IMG/VR virus record: IMGVR_UViG_3300036782_000034
Span: 1 to 46,324 of that record
Direction: 5' to 3' (one strand)
Length of the DNA: 46,324 nucleotides
From: a virus
The translations under genes were made by a program, and so were the position numbers. The notes beneath the pieces are model-generated. The model had not been told where the DNA came from and ran no database searches. It was given only the letters and a program-made list of their open reading frames with translations. Positions 28,777 through 38,134 of the stretch are shown piece by piece; position 1 is the first letter of the stretch, and each line of letters begins with the position of its first letter.

Positions 28777-29616
28777 CTACAAATAATAAAATCTAAAGTC
28801 AAATTCAATTTTAAAATCTCCTGTTGCACCAGTTAACACAAAGTCGTTCCAGCCTGATTTTAATGTAATCAATCCCCAATTTGTTTTCCCGAAAATACTT
28901 CCCACCACATTCCGATATGATTTAACACCATCTAGAGTAATAATATCGTGCGCTGTTGTTGTGATACCTGCGTAATTCCAAAGGTCACCTGTAGTAACGT
29001 TTTTTATAGATAGATTATTAGACATACCTGTATATTTTATTTTCAAAGGCATAGACTTCGGATCGACAGTAATATCACCGGCGTTGAAGATACGGAAAGA
29101 TGTAGCATTATGCGTATACTTTGTATCTTCTGCTATTAAACCTTGTCCGATTTGCCATAGCCCAGAGTCAAACGTCATTGGATCAATAGTTCTACCAATA
29201 GATTCTGCAAATGGTCGATAAGCTACAAAGGAAATAGGAAACTCTCCTAATTCATACGCAATTCTTGCAATTGAAAAAGGAGAGTCGCATTTTACTTCAT
29301 ATCTCTTTCCTGGTTGTACATCGCGCACAATATAAAAGCTTTCTTTCGAGTCGAATAATCGGTATACTTCATCTTTTAATAAGTCATAGTCATAATGATC
29401 AACGGCTTCTATTGTTATTTCAGCAGCCATTTTTCTTTCTTTCCTTCTCGTTTCGCCGTCTAAAAGACCATCTCTACCAGGCATATCAATCGGATCGTGG
29501 TCTAATACGATACCGCCATCTTTGAAAGAATTAACAAACAACCCTAGTTTAAAGAGGTCGTATGTTTTCCCATCCTTTCGAATGATTTTAAAATTGTGTA
29601 TAGAACGAGGAAACAT
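28777..29616 (-). CDS. Distal tail protein (Dit)
   Basis: 279 aa. The start overlaps the TMP stop. Position and size fit. Confidence 0.65.
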   Translation of the reverse strand: MFPRSIHNFKIIRKDGKTYDLFKLGLFVNSFKDGGIVLDHDPIDMPGRDGLLDGETRRKERKMAAEITIEAVDHYDYDLLKDEVYRLFDSKESFYIVRDVQPGKRYEVKCDSPFSIARIAYELGEFPISFVAYRPFAESIGRTIDPMTFDSGLWQIGQGLIAEDTKYTHNATSFRIFNAGDITVDPKSMPLKIKYTGMSNNLSIKNVTTGDLWNYAGITTTAHDIITLDGVKSYRNVVGSIFGKTNWGLITLKSGWNDFVLTGATGDFKIEFDFRFYYL

Positions 29617-32570
29617 TACGACATCCCTCCAAATCCGAATTTTGCATTCATAATGTATTGTTGAGCCATCATACTATCGATGTGATCAAATTGTTTTCTC
29701 GCCATTTCTTCACTGTCAAAGTTAATAACTATTTCAATAGGAGTACCATTCGTTCCAGTACTTGCCGTTTGTTGCTGTAATGGCATTGATTTTAAAATAC
29801 CATCAGCAATCGCATCGAAGGTTTGTTTACGTAACGGAAGGACCGTTTCATCGTATCCTCGTGCATCGCCCACGCCTACAAGTGTAGGATTACCAGGCTT
29901 AATTAAAGCCCCGTTTGCTGCCCATTTGACATCGAAAGATGGTAGCCCTTCACTTGCCCAGTTAACTGGGTTTAATGAACCATTTACACTAATCTTAGGG
30001 ACGGGAATGTGAATGCCGCTAAACATATTAGCTACTCCATTTTTAATTTTATCAATCCAACCCATAATCCCACTCCAAGCTTCTTTAATCGGATTGATAA
30101 GCTTGTCTTTAATTTTCATGGCAGCTTCACCTATATCAACTGCCATACGAACTACAGAAGCGATTGGTTCCTTGATAAATGTCTGGAAATATCCAACGAC
30201 TGTAGACCACATACTACTAATCGTAGAACCGAATGAAGATGCAAGACCTTTAACAGCACTGAAAATCTGTTTAACGAATGAGAATTGGATTAATCCCCAA
30301 ATAAGCTGAATTGCACCATTAAAGATCTGCTTTATTCCTTCCCACATTCCAGAAAAATCACCAGTCAAAACCGATGCGAAAAATTTGATAATACCCATAA
30401 TGAGATTTACGGCACCCTGGATAATATCTTTAATAGCAGACCAAGCCGATTGCACAATTGACATCACGACTGGCATCACAAAAGCTATAATAGATTGAAT
30501 GATTGAAAATGCATTTTGCACTGCTTGCACAATTTGTTGACCGTTTTCTTTCCAAAATGAAGCTATTTGAGAGATTATTCCGTTAACGAATGACATTACA
30601 TCTGTAAGTAGCGGCATTAAGTAAGGCGCTATTGTGTCAAACACACCTTTAATGAAGTCCCAAGCGGCACCAATTATCCCCATAATTACAGGTGCGGCTG
30701 CTGAAATTAAAGACTGCACATTTTCTATAAAATTACTTAATTGAGCATGCACATCCTGAACGAACATGATAATATTCGCTTTTTGTTCTGGAGAAAAACC
30801 TAACTTATCTAAGAAATTACTAGCAGCCCCCCAATCACCAGATACGAGGGCTTTCATAGTTTCTACACCATATTGCACTGCTGCTGTAGTTTCTTGTATA
30901 AACTGAATAGCATTAGCAGAGAAACCTAGTTTAGTAAGGATGTCATATCCCTCAACTAAAGCATTTCTGTCACCAGTTGCAGCAATCCAGAACTGCTCAA
31001 TCGCAGCGCCGACTTCTTGAATAATGCCAATAGCATTACGGAGCGGTTCGAACACTTTATTCATGGCTTCTTGTCGTTGTCGGGTTTGTTCAATACCTTG
31101 TTGAAGTTTCTGGTATTCTACTTCAGACTCATCGAGAACTTTATTCGCTTCTTCCTGAGTCATTTTCCCTTCTTCGACTTTCATTTTTAACTCTTCTTTT
31201 TTCTGAGCTAACATACCATCAGCATTCATCATATCTTCAGCGTGTTTTTTGGCTTTTTCTAACTTTTCATTGTACTCTTCTTGCGTTATCTTCCCTTTTT
31301 GGAGATTCATATCAAGAACAGCTTTAGATTGAGCTAACTGTTGATCAGACTGTTGCATTAACTTCGCAGCTTCAACAGCACGTCCAGATGGATCTAACCA
31401 GTCAGTAAGAGATTTAACAGCGCTATTCGTTCCGTTTGTCATTGCAACAAGTGCAGGTTCGACGTGTGAGAAAACAACAAGTCCTAAATTTTCTAAACGC
31501 GATTTAACGCCATCAACTGCACCAGATAAGTTATTCGCCATTGTTTCAGCCATAACTTTTGCAGAGCCTTCGGAAGACTCAAGGGAACTTACCATGTCAT
31601 CAAATGCAGGTTTACCACCCTTGATAACCTGAATCCAACCTGCGTATGCTTCTTCACCAAAGATCGCTTTAGCAGCAGCTATTTGTTGAGATTCGGATAA
31701 CTTCCCGAAACCATCATGTAATTGCCCGATGATTTCATTCATTGGCTTCATATTGCCTTGCGTATCAGTTACAGATACGTTCAATGCTGATAACGATTTA
31801 GCTGCTTCTTTTGGTGGTGCTGCTAAACGAGATAAACCAGCTCTCAATGCAGTTCCGGCCATTGATGCCTTGATACCGTTGTTGGCGAATGTTTGTGCGA
31901 TTGCAGCTGTTTCTTCAATGCTAAGACCGAATGTAGCAGCTACAGGAGCAGCGTATTTCATGGTCTCGCCAAGCTGTTCGACGTTTAAATTGGCAGTTGC
32001 TTGGGCCAATGCAAATACGTCAGCAGCTCGGCCTGCTTCTGAAGCTTTCATACCGAATGGAGTCATCGTATCGGTTACAATATCTGAAGCTTTTGCAAGG
32101 TCTAACGCACCAGCAGTCGCTAAATCAAGTAGTGGTTTAGATGCTGCAATCATTTGGTTGGAATCCCATCCCGCAAGAGCCATATATTCATAGGCTTGGG
32201 CTACGTTTGTAGCGCTCCAACGTGTTTCAGCGCCTAATTTACGTGCATTCGCTCCAAGTTCAGCCATTTGTAAAGCATTAGACCCTGAAAGGGCTTCTAC
32301 TTTTGACATCTGTTGAGTGTATTCGGAACCAACTTTAACTACACCAGCAATCGCAGCGCCTACACCAACTGCAACACCAACTAGTCCACCCATAGCTATA
32401 GCAGCACCACCAACAGAAGAACCTAAACCTGCTGCCGCTTGTCCAACTTGACCAAATCCACGACCTAAGATACCTGTGGTTCTTTTCCCGCTTCTTTCTG
32501 CGTTAGTCAATCCTCTTTGTAACTGATCATCTTTTAAGAAGATCGACCCAAACATCTTAAATAATTCCAT
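29616..32570 (-). CDS. Tape measure protein
   Basis: 984 aa. G/A-rich N-terminal region, long coiled-coil middle, hydrophobic repeats. Follows the chaperone genes. Confidence 0.9.
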   Translation of the reverse strand: MELFKMFGSIFLKDDQLQRGLTNAERSGKRTTGILGRGFGQVGQAAAGLGSSVGGAAIAMGGLVGVAVGVGAAIAGVVKVGSEYTQQMSKVEALSGSNALQMAELGANARKLGAETRWSATNVAQAYEYMALAGWDSNQMIAASKPLLDLATAGALDLAKASDIVTDTMTPFGMKASEAGRAADVFALAQATANLNVEQLGETMKYAAPVAATFGLSIEETAAIAQTFANNGIKASMAGTALRAGLSRLAAPPKEAAKSLSALNVSVTDTQGNMKPMNEIIGQLHDGFGKLSESQQIAAAKAIFGEEAYAGWIQVIKGGKPAFDDMVSSLESSEGSAKVMAETMANNLSGAVDGVKSRLENLGLVVFSHVEPALVAMTNGTNSAVKSLTDWLDPSGRAVEAAKLMQQSDQQLAQSKAVLDMNLQKGKITQEEYNEKLEKAKKHAEDMMNADGMLAQKKEELKMKVEEGKMTQEEANKVLDESEVEYQKLQQGIEQTRQRQEAMNKVFEPLRNAIGIIQEVGAAIEQFWIAATGDRNALVEGYDILTKLGFSANAIQFIQETTAAVQYGVETMKALVSGDWGAASNFLDKLGFSPEQKANIIMFVQDVHAQLSNFIENVQSLISAAAPVIMGIIGAAWDFIKGVFDTIAPYLMPLLTDVMSFVNGIISQIASFWKENGQQIVQAVQNAFSIIQSIIAFVMPVVMSIVQSAWSAIKDIIQGAVNLIMGIIKFFASVLTGDFSGMWEGIKQIFNGAIQLIWGLIQFSFVKQIFSAVKGLASSFGSTISSMWSTVVGYFQTFIKEPIASVVRMAVDIGEAAMKIKDKLINPIKEAWSGIMGWIDKIKNGVANMFSGIHIPVPKISVNGSLNPVNWASEGLPSFDVKWAANGALIKPGNPTLVGVGDARGYDETVLPLRKQTFDAIADGILKSMPLQQQTASTGTNGTPIEIVINFDSEEMARKQFDHIDSMMAQQYIMNAKFGFGGMS

Positions 32571-32846
32571 TTATTCACCCGCCTTTCCGCGGATTTTAGC
32601 AACACGAGCAAACACTTCTTCTTTTGTTAATTTTTGTTTTGGTGTTTGTTCGATAGAATTGTTATATTGTTGTACTTGTTCTTGCGTTGGGTTCTCACGT
32701 TTATGTTTAAATTGAGGGAATGTTTCTTCGCAATATGGCTGTAAAGCACACCATTCTTCCCATAACATACGATCCATTTCTTTTTTCTTTGCGGTGAGAT
32801 ACAGGTTGATAACTATCTCCGCATCCAAACCCTTTATGTACTCCAT
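32571..32846 (-). CDS. Tail assembly chaperone, T-like distal ORF
   Basis: ORF track. Its frame is open upstream to 32916 and is -1 relative to 32882..33316. Confidence 0.6.
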   Translation of the reverse strand: MEYIKGLDAEIVINLYLTAKKKEMDRMLWEEWCALQPYCEETFPQFKHKRENPTQEQVQQYNNSIEQTPKQKLTKEEVFARVAKIRGKAGE

Positions 32847-32881
32847 GCTTGGATAGCGAGAAGCTAGCGTATCGATAAAAT

Positions 32882-33316
32882 CTATTTCATCAATTTCACC
32901 GCATTGGAAAAAAGCTTAACCAGTCCAACTTCTGAGTCTTTGATTGTAATGAATAATCGAACTAACTCTTCTAAATTTAAAGTTCGGATTGTTTCCCAAC
33001 CTGGAGATGCTTTTTTGCCACCTTCAGCTTCATGAACTAAAATTCCAGCTACAAATTCGAAGAATTCCTGTTCAGCTTCTTCTAGTCCAAAGATAAACTT
33101 CATGATAATGTCGTAACCGAAAGTCTCCTGTGCAGCTAATACATCTTCCTGTGTTGCGCCATCTTTATTCCGGACACCCATCATCAAATCTTTTAGTAAA
33201 TTAATATCAATCTTGAATTTTGATTTCTTTAAAATACGGACAACAGAGAATAAATCCCCACCATTAATTTGTCTTACTGCGTATTCTTTTTCTTGAATTG
33301 TTATTGCCACACTCAT
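32882..33316 (-). CDS. Tail assembly chaperone (G-like)
   Basis: 144 aa, between the major tail protein and the tape measure. Confidence 0.7.
   Translation of the reverse strand: MSVAITIQEKEYAVRQINGGDLFSVVRILKKSKFKIDINLLKDLMMGVRNKDGATQEDVLAAQETFGYDIIMKFIFGLEEAEQEFFEFVAGILVHEAEGGKKASPGWETIRTLNLEELVRLFITIKDSEVGLVKLFSNAVKLMK
32907..32915 (-). promoter_or_regulatory. Candidate -1 programmed frameshift site (minus-strand GCTTTTTTC)
   Basis: The T6 run (plus-strand A6 at 32908-32913) sits 8 codons before the G stop. The -1 frame reads through to the 32846 ORF without stops. Confidence 0.55.
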
Positions 33317-33365
33317 TCCTCCTTAAAATAAAAAGAGCAGGGATTGTCCCCTACTCTTTAATCGT

Positions 33366-33956
33366 TTAACCTAATAATTTTGCTGCTTCTGCTGCTTTTA
33401 AAATGCGCTTCTTCCATGGTACTTTTCGAATGTTTTCTGGATCGCGATGTCCTGTGAATGTTATCTCTGGAACAACTTCACTTTCATTTTCAAATGACAA
33501 TTCTAAAGAGCCATCAGATAGTGCGTTATATACGATTATTTCAACAATATCGCCGCCTAATGTTTCACCAACCCACGCTACGTTTTTAAGGTAGCTTTCT
33601 TTAGTAAGGCGTTCTGTAGCTTCGATCACATCGTATTTAATCGTTTTTCCATCTTTCGTAACAGTTTCTTCTGAAACTTTTAATCCAGCGATGAAATTCT
33701 TGATTTTTTCTTTATCAAGGAATTCTAGTGTTTTAAAGCTTATTTGTGTTTTTGATTTAGTGATACGTTTCATACCCATAGTGTCACCAGGAGAACCATC
33801 ATAATCAATTTCCTTGAACTCTGGTTCGTACTTGAATGAACCACCACCTTGCGTTGCTCCTACTTTAAGCTCATCTTTCTCTTCTCCATAATTGAAGTAA
33901 AACGCACCCCAATCTCCGAAGAGAATATTTTCTGGTTTTGGTTGTGGAGCTGCCAT
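33366..33956 (-). CDS. Major tail protein
   Basis: 196 aa. Position directly upstream of the chaperones. Confidence 0.7.
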   Translation of the reverse strand: MAAPQPKPENILFGDWGAFYFNYGEEKDELKVGATQGGGSFKYEPEFKEIDYDGSPGDTMGMKRITKSKTQISFKTLEFLDKEKIKNFIAGLKVSEETVTKDGKTIKYDVIEATERLTKESYLKNVAWVGETLGGDIVEIIVYNALSDGSLELSFENESEVVPEITFTGHRDPENIRKVPWKKRILKAAEAAKLLG

Positions 33957-33970
33957 TCAATCAATCCTTT

Positions 33971-34333
33971 CTATTGTTTAAAATAAGTTCGTAAAATGAA
34001 ACGCACTTCTTTGCGTCTGATATTCAGGTCGGGATCAGGTACTTTCTGACTCGAAAGATAAGAAATAGCAGCACCAAATTCAGCGCTGCTTAATCTCTTT
34101 CTATGAAGATTGTTTTCTAAGTCCGTAATTAGTTGGTCAATCTTCGCTATATGAGCAGAAGTGCCATAAATATCAATTGTAAGCATGATATTCTTTCTTC
34201 CCCATGGTTCTTTATCATCGTTAACTGTATATACCAAATACGGCATAACAGCTTTAGTAGTTGCATTTTCGTAGTAAGATTCTTTATGAATCTGTTTTAA
34301 TTCACTGTGTAATATATTTATAAAGTCATTCAT
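33971..34333 (-). CDS. Tail terminator / tail completion-like protein
   Basis: 120 aa. Position between the HK97 gp10-like gene and the major tail gene. Confidence 0.5.
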   Translation of the reverse strand: MNDFINILHSELKQIHKESYYENATTKAVMPYLVYTVNDDKEPWGRKNIMLTIDIYGTSAHIAKIDQLITDLENNLHRKRLSSAEFGAAISYLSSQKVPDPDLNIRRKEVRFILRTYFKQ

Positions 34334-34342
34334 GGTATCTAC

Positions 34343-34750
34343 CTACCTCATTAATGACGAATAGGTTCGTGTCGCCGCTTGTATAATTTGCGGTTTGTTA
34401 TTTTCTGCTGCTGGTCTAAGGAAAGGCTGTGCGTGTTGCCCTTGTGTTTTGACCATCTTCCCTGTTTTTGGGTCGCGGTACATCCAAGGCGTTTTTCGCC
34501 CGTCGCCATCAACAGCATAAATACCAGTTCCTTTTTCAACATAAATACCATAATCAGAAGATGTACCAATAACAGCCTTTTCTTGTTCTGCTTTAGAACT
34601 GATGCTGTTTCTCAGATTACTAGTATCTACCGGAGCTAATAGTCTAGCCTTAGAACTAACAAACTGACCAATTGCAGTATGTGCAGCTTTCTTAGCTGCT
34701 AAATGTCGTACCATTACTGCAGCTCTATTCGATTGGAATTTCATGCTCAT
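34343..34750 (-). CDS. HK97 gp10-family head-tail joining protein
   Basis: Pattern ...ARLLAPVDTSNLRNSI...YGIYVEKGTG... is typical of gp10-family proteins. Confidence 0.65.
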   Translation of the reverse strand: MSMKFQSNRAAVMVRHLAAKKAAHTAIGQFVSSKARLLAPVDTSNLRNSISSKAEQEKAVIGTSSDYGIYVEKGTGIYAVDGDGRKTPWMYRDPKTGKMVKTQGQHAQPFLRPAAENNKPQIIQAATRTYSSLMR

Positions 34751-35072
34751 ATGGCAACATCTCCAATTCTATTTGAAAGAATCTACCTGCATTCATTGGA
34801 TCACCAGGATAAGTAACGCTGTATATCTTATTATCGATAACTAATCTGTCTTGAATAGTCACGTCAAATGGTAGGCAGTAAAAGAAATGTGTGCTTTTCT
34901 CTTCTACTTTCTTATTACGAGCATCCTTTTCACCTTGGATAGCATCCAACGCACCTTTTACAGTGTTGATTTCTTTCCATTTTTCTGTTGGATATGGGCC
35001 ATCATCATCAGAATCATAAGTACGAAGTACCGCTGCATCCTTGCCGAACTTACGGATCATAGATTGAATCAT
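34725..35072 (-). CDS. Head closure / head-tail adaptor protein
   Basis: 115 aa. Position and size fit. C-terminal ...YSVTYPGDPMNAGRFFQIELE is typical of head-closure proteins. Confidence 0.6.
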   Translation of the reverse strand: MIQSMIRKFGKDAAVLRTYDSDDDGPYPTEKWKEINTVKGALDAIQGEKDARNKKVEEKSTHFFYCLPFDVTIQDRLVIDNKIYSVTYPGDPMNAGRFFQIELEMLPYEHEIPIE

Positions 35073-35377
35073 AAGACACGCAACCTCACTTTCAGCCCTT
35101 TCGTAACACTCGCCGGATAATCTCCAACATCATCATAAGTAACAGAGTAATTACCTAATGACTCGCTTTTCTTCCCTTCTCTTTCCTGCTCCTTATACTC
35201 ATAAACAACCATCTTTGCGATGATACCAGGATAAGCAGGAGGGAATTCAGGAATGGTTCTATTTGTGTATTCCGAAACCATCAACATTGTATCTTCAATA
35301 CTTATTAATAAGTTTTCATCACTTATATTAGACACTTGCAGTTTCACACGTTTTAAAATTTCCGCTTTCATGTCCAT
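35069..35377 (-). CDS. gp6-like head-tail connector protein
   Basis: 102 aa. N-terminal ...VSNISDENLLISIEDTMLMVSEYTNR pattern. Confidence 0.6.
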   Translation of the reverse strand: MDMKAEILKRVKLQVSNISDENLLISIEDTMLMVSEYTNRTIPEFPPAYPGIIAKMVVYEYKEQEREGKKSESLGNYSVTYDDVGDYPASVTKGLKVRLRVL

Positions 35378-35539
35378 TTACTCACTCGGCTTCGCAGGTG
35401 TTTGTCTTTTCTTCTTAACCGTTTCCCGTTTCGGTTCGTCTACTTCTTCATATGCAGGGTCATTCTTACAATGTTTTATCTGATCAGCATCCGTTACTTC
35501 CCATGTGACATCTGTGTTTGTATTTAAAAACCAAGGCAT
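35378..35539 (-). CDS. Hypothetical small protein, 53 aa (MPWFLNTNTDVTWEVTDADQIKHCKNDPAYEE...)
   Basis: Hand translation. AAGGAGAG RBS. Its TAA abuts the next ATG (TAAATG). Below the track cutoff. Confidence 0.45.
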   Translation of the reverse strand: MPWFLNTNTDVTWEVTDADQIKHCKNDPAYEEVDEPKRETVKKKRQTPAKPSE

Positions 35540-35573
35540 GCTATCTCTCCTTTCAAAAGAAAAGAGGAAAGGC

Positions 35574-36416
35574 TTAAGCCCCTCCTCCTGGTTTTTGTTC
35601 AGTTGGTGCGATTGTAGCTGTAAGTACTGCTAATGACTCTTGACGGAGCATATCGCCGCCATAAACCATAAGTCCACGAATACCATCCGCAAATGAAGTT
35701 TGAAGACGTTGTGCTTCTGTTTCGTCTAACTGTTTCCCGTACCCAATAGCAGATTTATGCAATCCCATGATTTTGTATTTACCACCTGTTCCATGCACTT
35801 CTTCGGATACAACGATTTGTGAACCGTTGATAATCTGCCCTTCAACAATGCCGCTTTCTAACACAATAGGTTGCTTAGTGAAGCGATCATCTTTAGATAA
35901 TAGACCTAGAACTTGAGAGTTAATAATTGTGAAACGTTCAGTTTTAGGAACTTTTTTAATATTTAAAATCGTATTTAAATCAACGATATAGTCATACGCA
36001 TTTTTGGGCGTCAATTCTATTGGAGCAGCGTCACTACCAATTAGATGTTCTTTAAGTGCTCCTGTATACTTCCCTAAAATGAAAGTATCTACCGTTTCCT
36101 GAAGCACTGATCCTGCTTCTTGCGTATGTGGGTCAATTAAGTCTCCTGCTGCTTGTACTGCATCTACATCATCTACTTTGAACGCAAAGTACTTCTTCTG
36201 ATCCATATTAATTTCTACTTTAGAAGGGTTTGTATCATCCCATTCAACTTTACCTTCATAGTCTTTTACATTTACAGCACCAACACGGTTAAAGATAATT
36301 TTGTTACCTTCAATCTTTGTTGGCTTTGTTGTAATTAAATCAGCGATAGAACGCTTGTGGAAGTTCGCCATTAAACGCGCTTCCCAAATTGTTGGAATAA
36401 AAGTTGCTACTGACAT
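35574..36416 (-). CDS. Major capsid protein
   Basis: 280 aa, directly after the scaffold gene. AGGAGG RBS. Confidence 0.8.
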   Translation of the reverse strand: MSVATFIPTIWEARLMANFHKRSIADLITTKPTKIEGNKIIFNRVGAVNVKDYEGKVEWDDTNPSKVEINMDQKKYFAFKVDDVDAVQAAGDLIDPHTQEAGSVLQETVDTFILGKYTGALKEHLIGSDAAPIELTPKNAYDYIVDLNTILNIKKVPKTERFTIINSQVLGLLSKDDRFTKQPIVLESGIVEGQIINGSQIVVSEEVHGTGGKYKIMGLHKSAIGYGKQLDETEAQRLQTSFADGIRGLMVYGGDMLRQESLAVLTATIAPTEQKPGGGA

Positions 36417-36430
36417 ATATTATTTCCTCC

Positions 36431-37135
36431 TTAGTTTGTCCATGTTTTCATATCTTTTTGAATTTGATCCCAGTTTGCGTTAATTTCAGACTGGTTCATT
36501 GTTGATACTTGTTGACGTGTAAATACAGCGCCTGTTCCGCTACCTGCATAGATATCACGACCAGCAGCTTTAAATTTCTCTGCTACTTTTGCTTCTAATG
36601 AAGTTGTATATAATTCATTAAGCTTTGCTACACGTTTATTCGTGTCATCAGCATCATTACCAATCACAAACTCTACAAATTTAAGGTCTAATCCAGCTTC
36701 AGATAACGCTTCTGTTGCAGCCCACTGCATTTCTTTTTGATGTAACACCTTTTCGCGTTCATCTGCTTGTTTTTGTAATTCTTGCATGTCATATTCCGCT
36801 TTTTCTTGAGCGGTCATAGAAGCAGTTTTATAGTTTTGTAGTTCTTTCTGTGTCGCACTGAGTTGTTTTGTATACTTTGTACGCACTTTGTCTTCTGCTG
36901 ATTGAACCATTTTCTCGATAAATGCTTTTGTTGCTTCATCTAACTGCGGTTCAGTTGGTTCTCCTCCAGGATTTACTCCTGCTGGTGGATCTACTGGATC
37001 TACCGGCGGCTCAACTACAACAGGATCTTCAGCAAAGAATTGAATGTTTGCTAAACGTAAGCGATATGGTAATTTTGTTACTTCTTTCTCTTTAAAAAAC
37101 TGTAAATCTGCTTGTTTTTGTACTTGTTTCATCAT
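36431..37135 (-). CDS. Scaffolding protein
   Basis: 234 aa, acidic and coiled-coil rich, upstream of the capsid gene. Confidence 0.7.
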   Translation of the reverse strand: MMKQVQKQADLQFFKEKEVTKLPYRLRLANIQFFAEDPVVVEPPVDPVDPPAGVNPGGEPTEPQLDEATKAFIEKMVQSAEDKVRTKYTKQLSATQKELQNYKTASMTAQEKAEYDMQELQKQADEREKVLHQKEMQWAATEALSEAGLDLKFVEFVIGNDADDTNKRVAKLNELYTTSLEAKVAEKFKAAGRDIYAGSGTGAVFTRQQVSTMNQSEINANWDQIQKDMKTWTN

Positions 37136-37207
37136 TATTCCTCCTTTGAGTTCCTATGAATACGCCCTGTTAAGTTCGTAATCTATAAGCCCTCAAGTGT
37201 TTTGTTT

Positions 37208-38134
37208 TTATTCAAGAGAGTTTTGCCACTCTTCATAACTAACTGCGGTAATAACTTCATTTCTGCCTGTTGTTGGGTTCCTAGCCCTTCTTTCAATGAA
37301 TGGACTAACATCAGCTACCTCAGTAATAAACGTACAGCGACAACGAACAACCTCTTTAGCAGGTAAGTTGCTATCGTGCGGATACTCACATTTATGGCCA
37401 CCAACACTAAACAGCCCATCGAATGGTACTTTCTGATGATCTGCTGCTTGGTGAGAAGGTCGTGTTCTCTTATCTAATGTAGAAATCCAAATCTTCTCCA
37501 TTTGAACGCCTTGTTCTACTGCTTGTGATGCACTATCATAAGTACCTAAGTTTTGTACTCTGGCACTTTCTGTCCATGCAACAGCCATCGCTTTCTTCGC
37601 ATCACCATCTAATGAACCTTTGATTCGATTGGCCATGACTGCATATCCTTCGCCTTTTCTAAGACCGATAGATAACTCTTTGCGTATTTGGCTTACTATT
37701 TGTACTCGATGTGTGCTTAACCTTTGATTGAGTGTCATTTTATCAATTGGCATTTGCACCGCTCTTTTAATGACGTTTGGGTCAATCAACCCATATGCAA
37801 GTGATATCCCTACCTCTTGCTCAATAAGATAACTCGTATAATAAAAAGACTCCCCATATTGAGTGGAGAGCTTTTCGTCGAGAGTTTTCTTCTTCTCGTA
37901 TGTTATTTCGTTGATTACTTGCAGCAGTTCACTTTGCATGTTCTTATATCGATTAAATCGACGCATTTCCTGCATACTTAACTGCTCATTTACCGCATAT
38001 TTGGCATAATAAAAAGCCAGTATTCCTCTGACTTCTTCTAAAGCATCTTTATACAGGTAAAGGATCGCTTTCTCCAGTTCGTCCTCTATCTTTTGTAGGT
38101 GTTTTTGTTTCTTGTCCCATTCCATTAGAATCAC
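37208..38134 (-). CDS. Head morphogenesis protein, SPP1 gp7 / Mu F family
   Basis: LDKRTRPSHQAADHQKV and VVRCRCTF motifs. Follows the portal gene. Confidence 0.8.
   Translation of the reverse strand: MILMEWDKKQKHLQKIEDELEKAILYLYKDALEEVRGILAFYYAKYAVNEQLSMQEMRRFNRYKNMQSELLQVINEITYEKKKTLDEKLSTQYGESFYYTSYLIEQEVGISLAYGLIDPNVIKRAVQMPIDKMTLNQRLSTHRVQIVSQIRKELSIGLRKGEGYAVMANRIKGSLDGDAKKAMAVAWTESARVQNLGTYDSASQAVEQGVQMEKIWISTLDKRTRPSHQAADHQKVPFDGLFSVGGHKCEYPHDSNLPAKEVVRCRCTFITEVADVSPFIERRARNPTTGRNEVITAVSYEEWQNSLE

Noticed and set aside
23032-32193. Plus-strand track ORFs inside the minus-strand structural genes (23032..23571, 24374..24562, 26806..27078, 27423..27713, 27756..27965, 29265..29525, 30009..30309, 31729..32193)
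   Set aside because: They are antisense shadows of long, well-supported virion genes. They have no RBSs, and their composition is biased in the way expected for reverse-frame reading.
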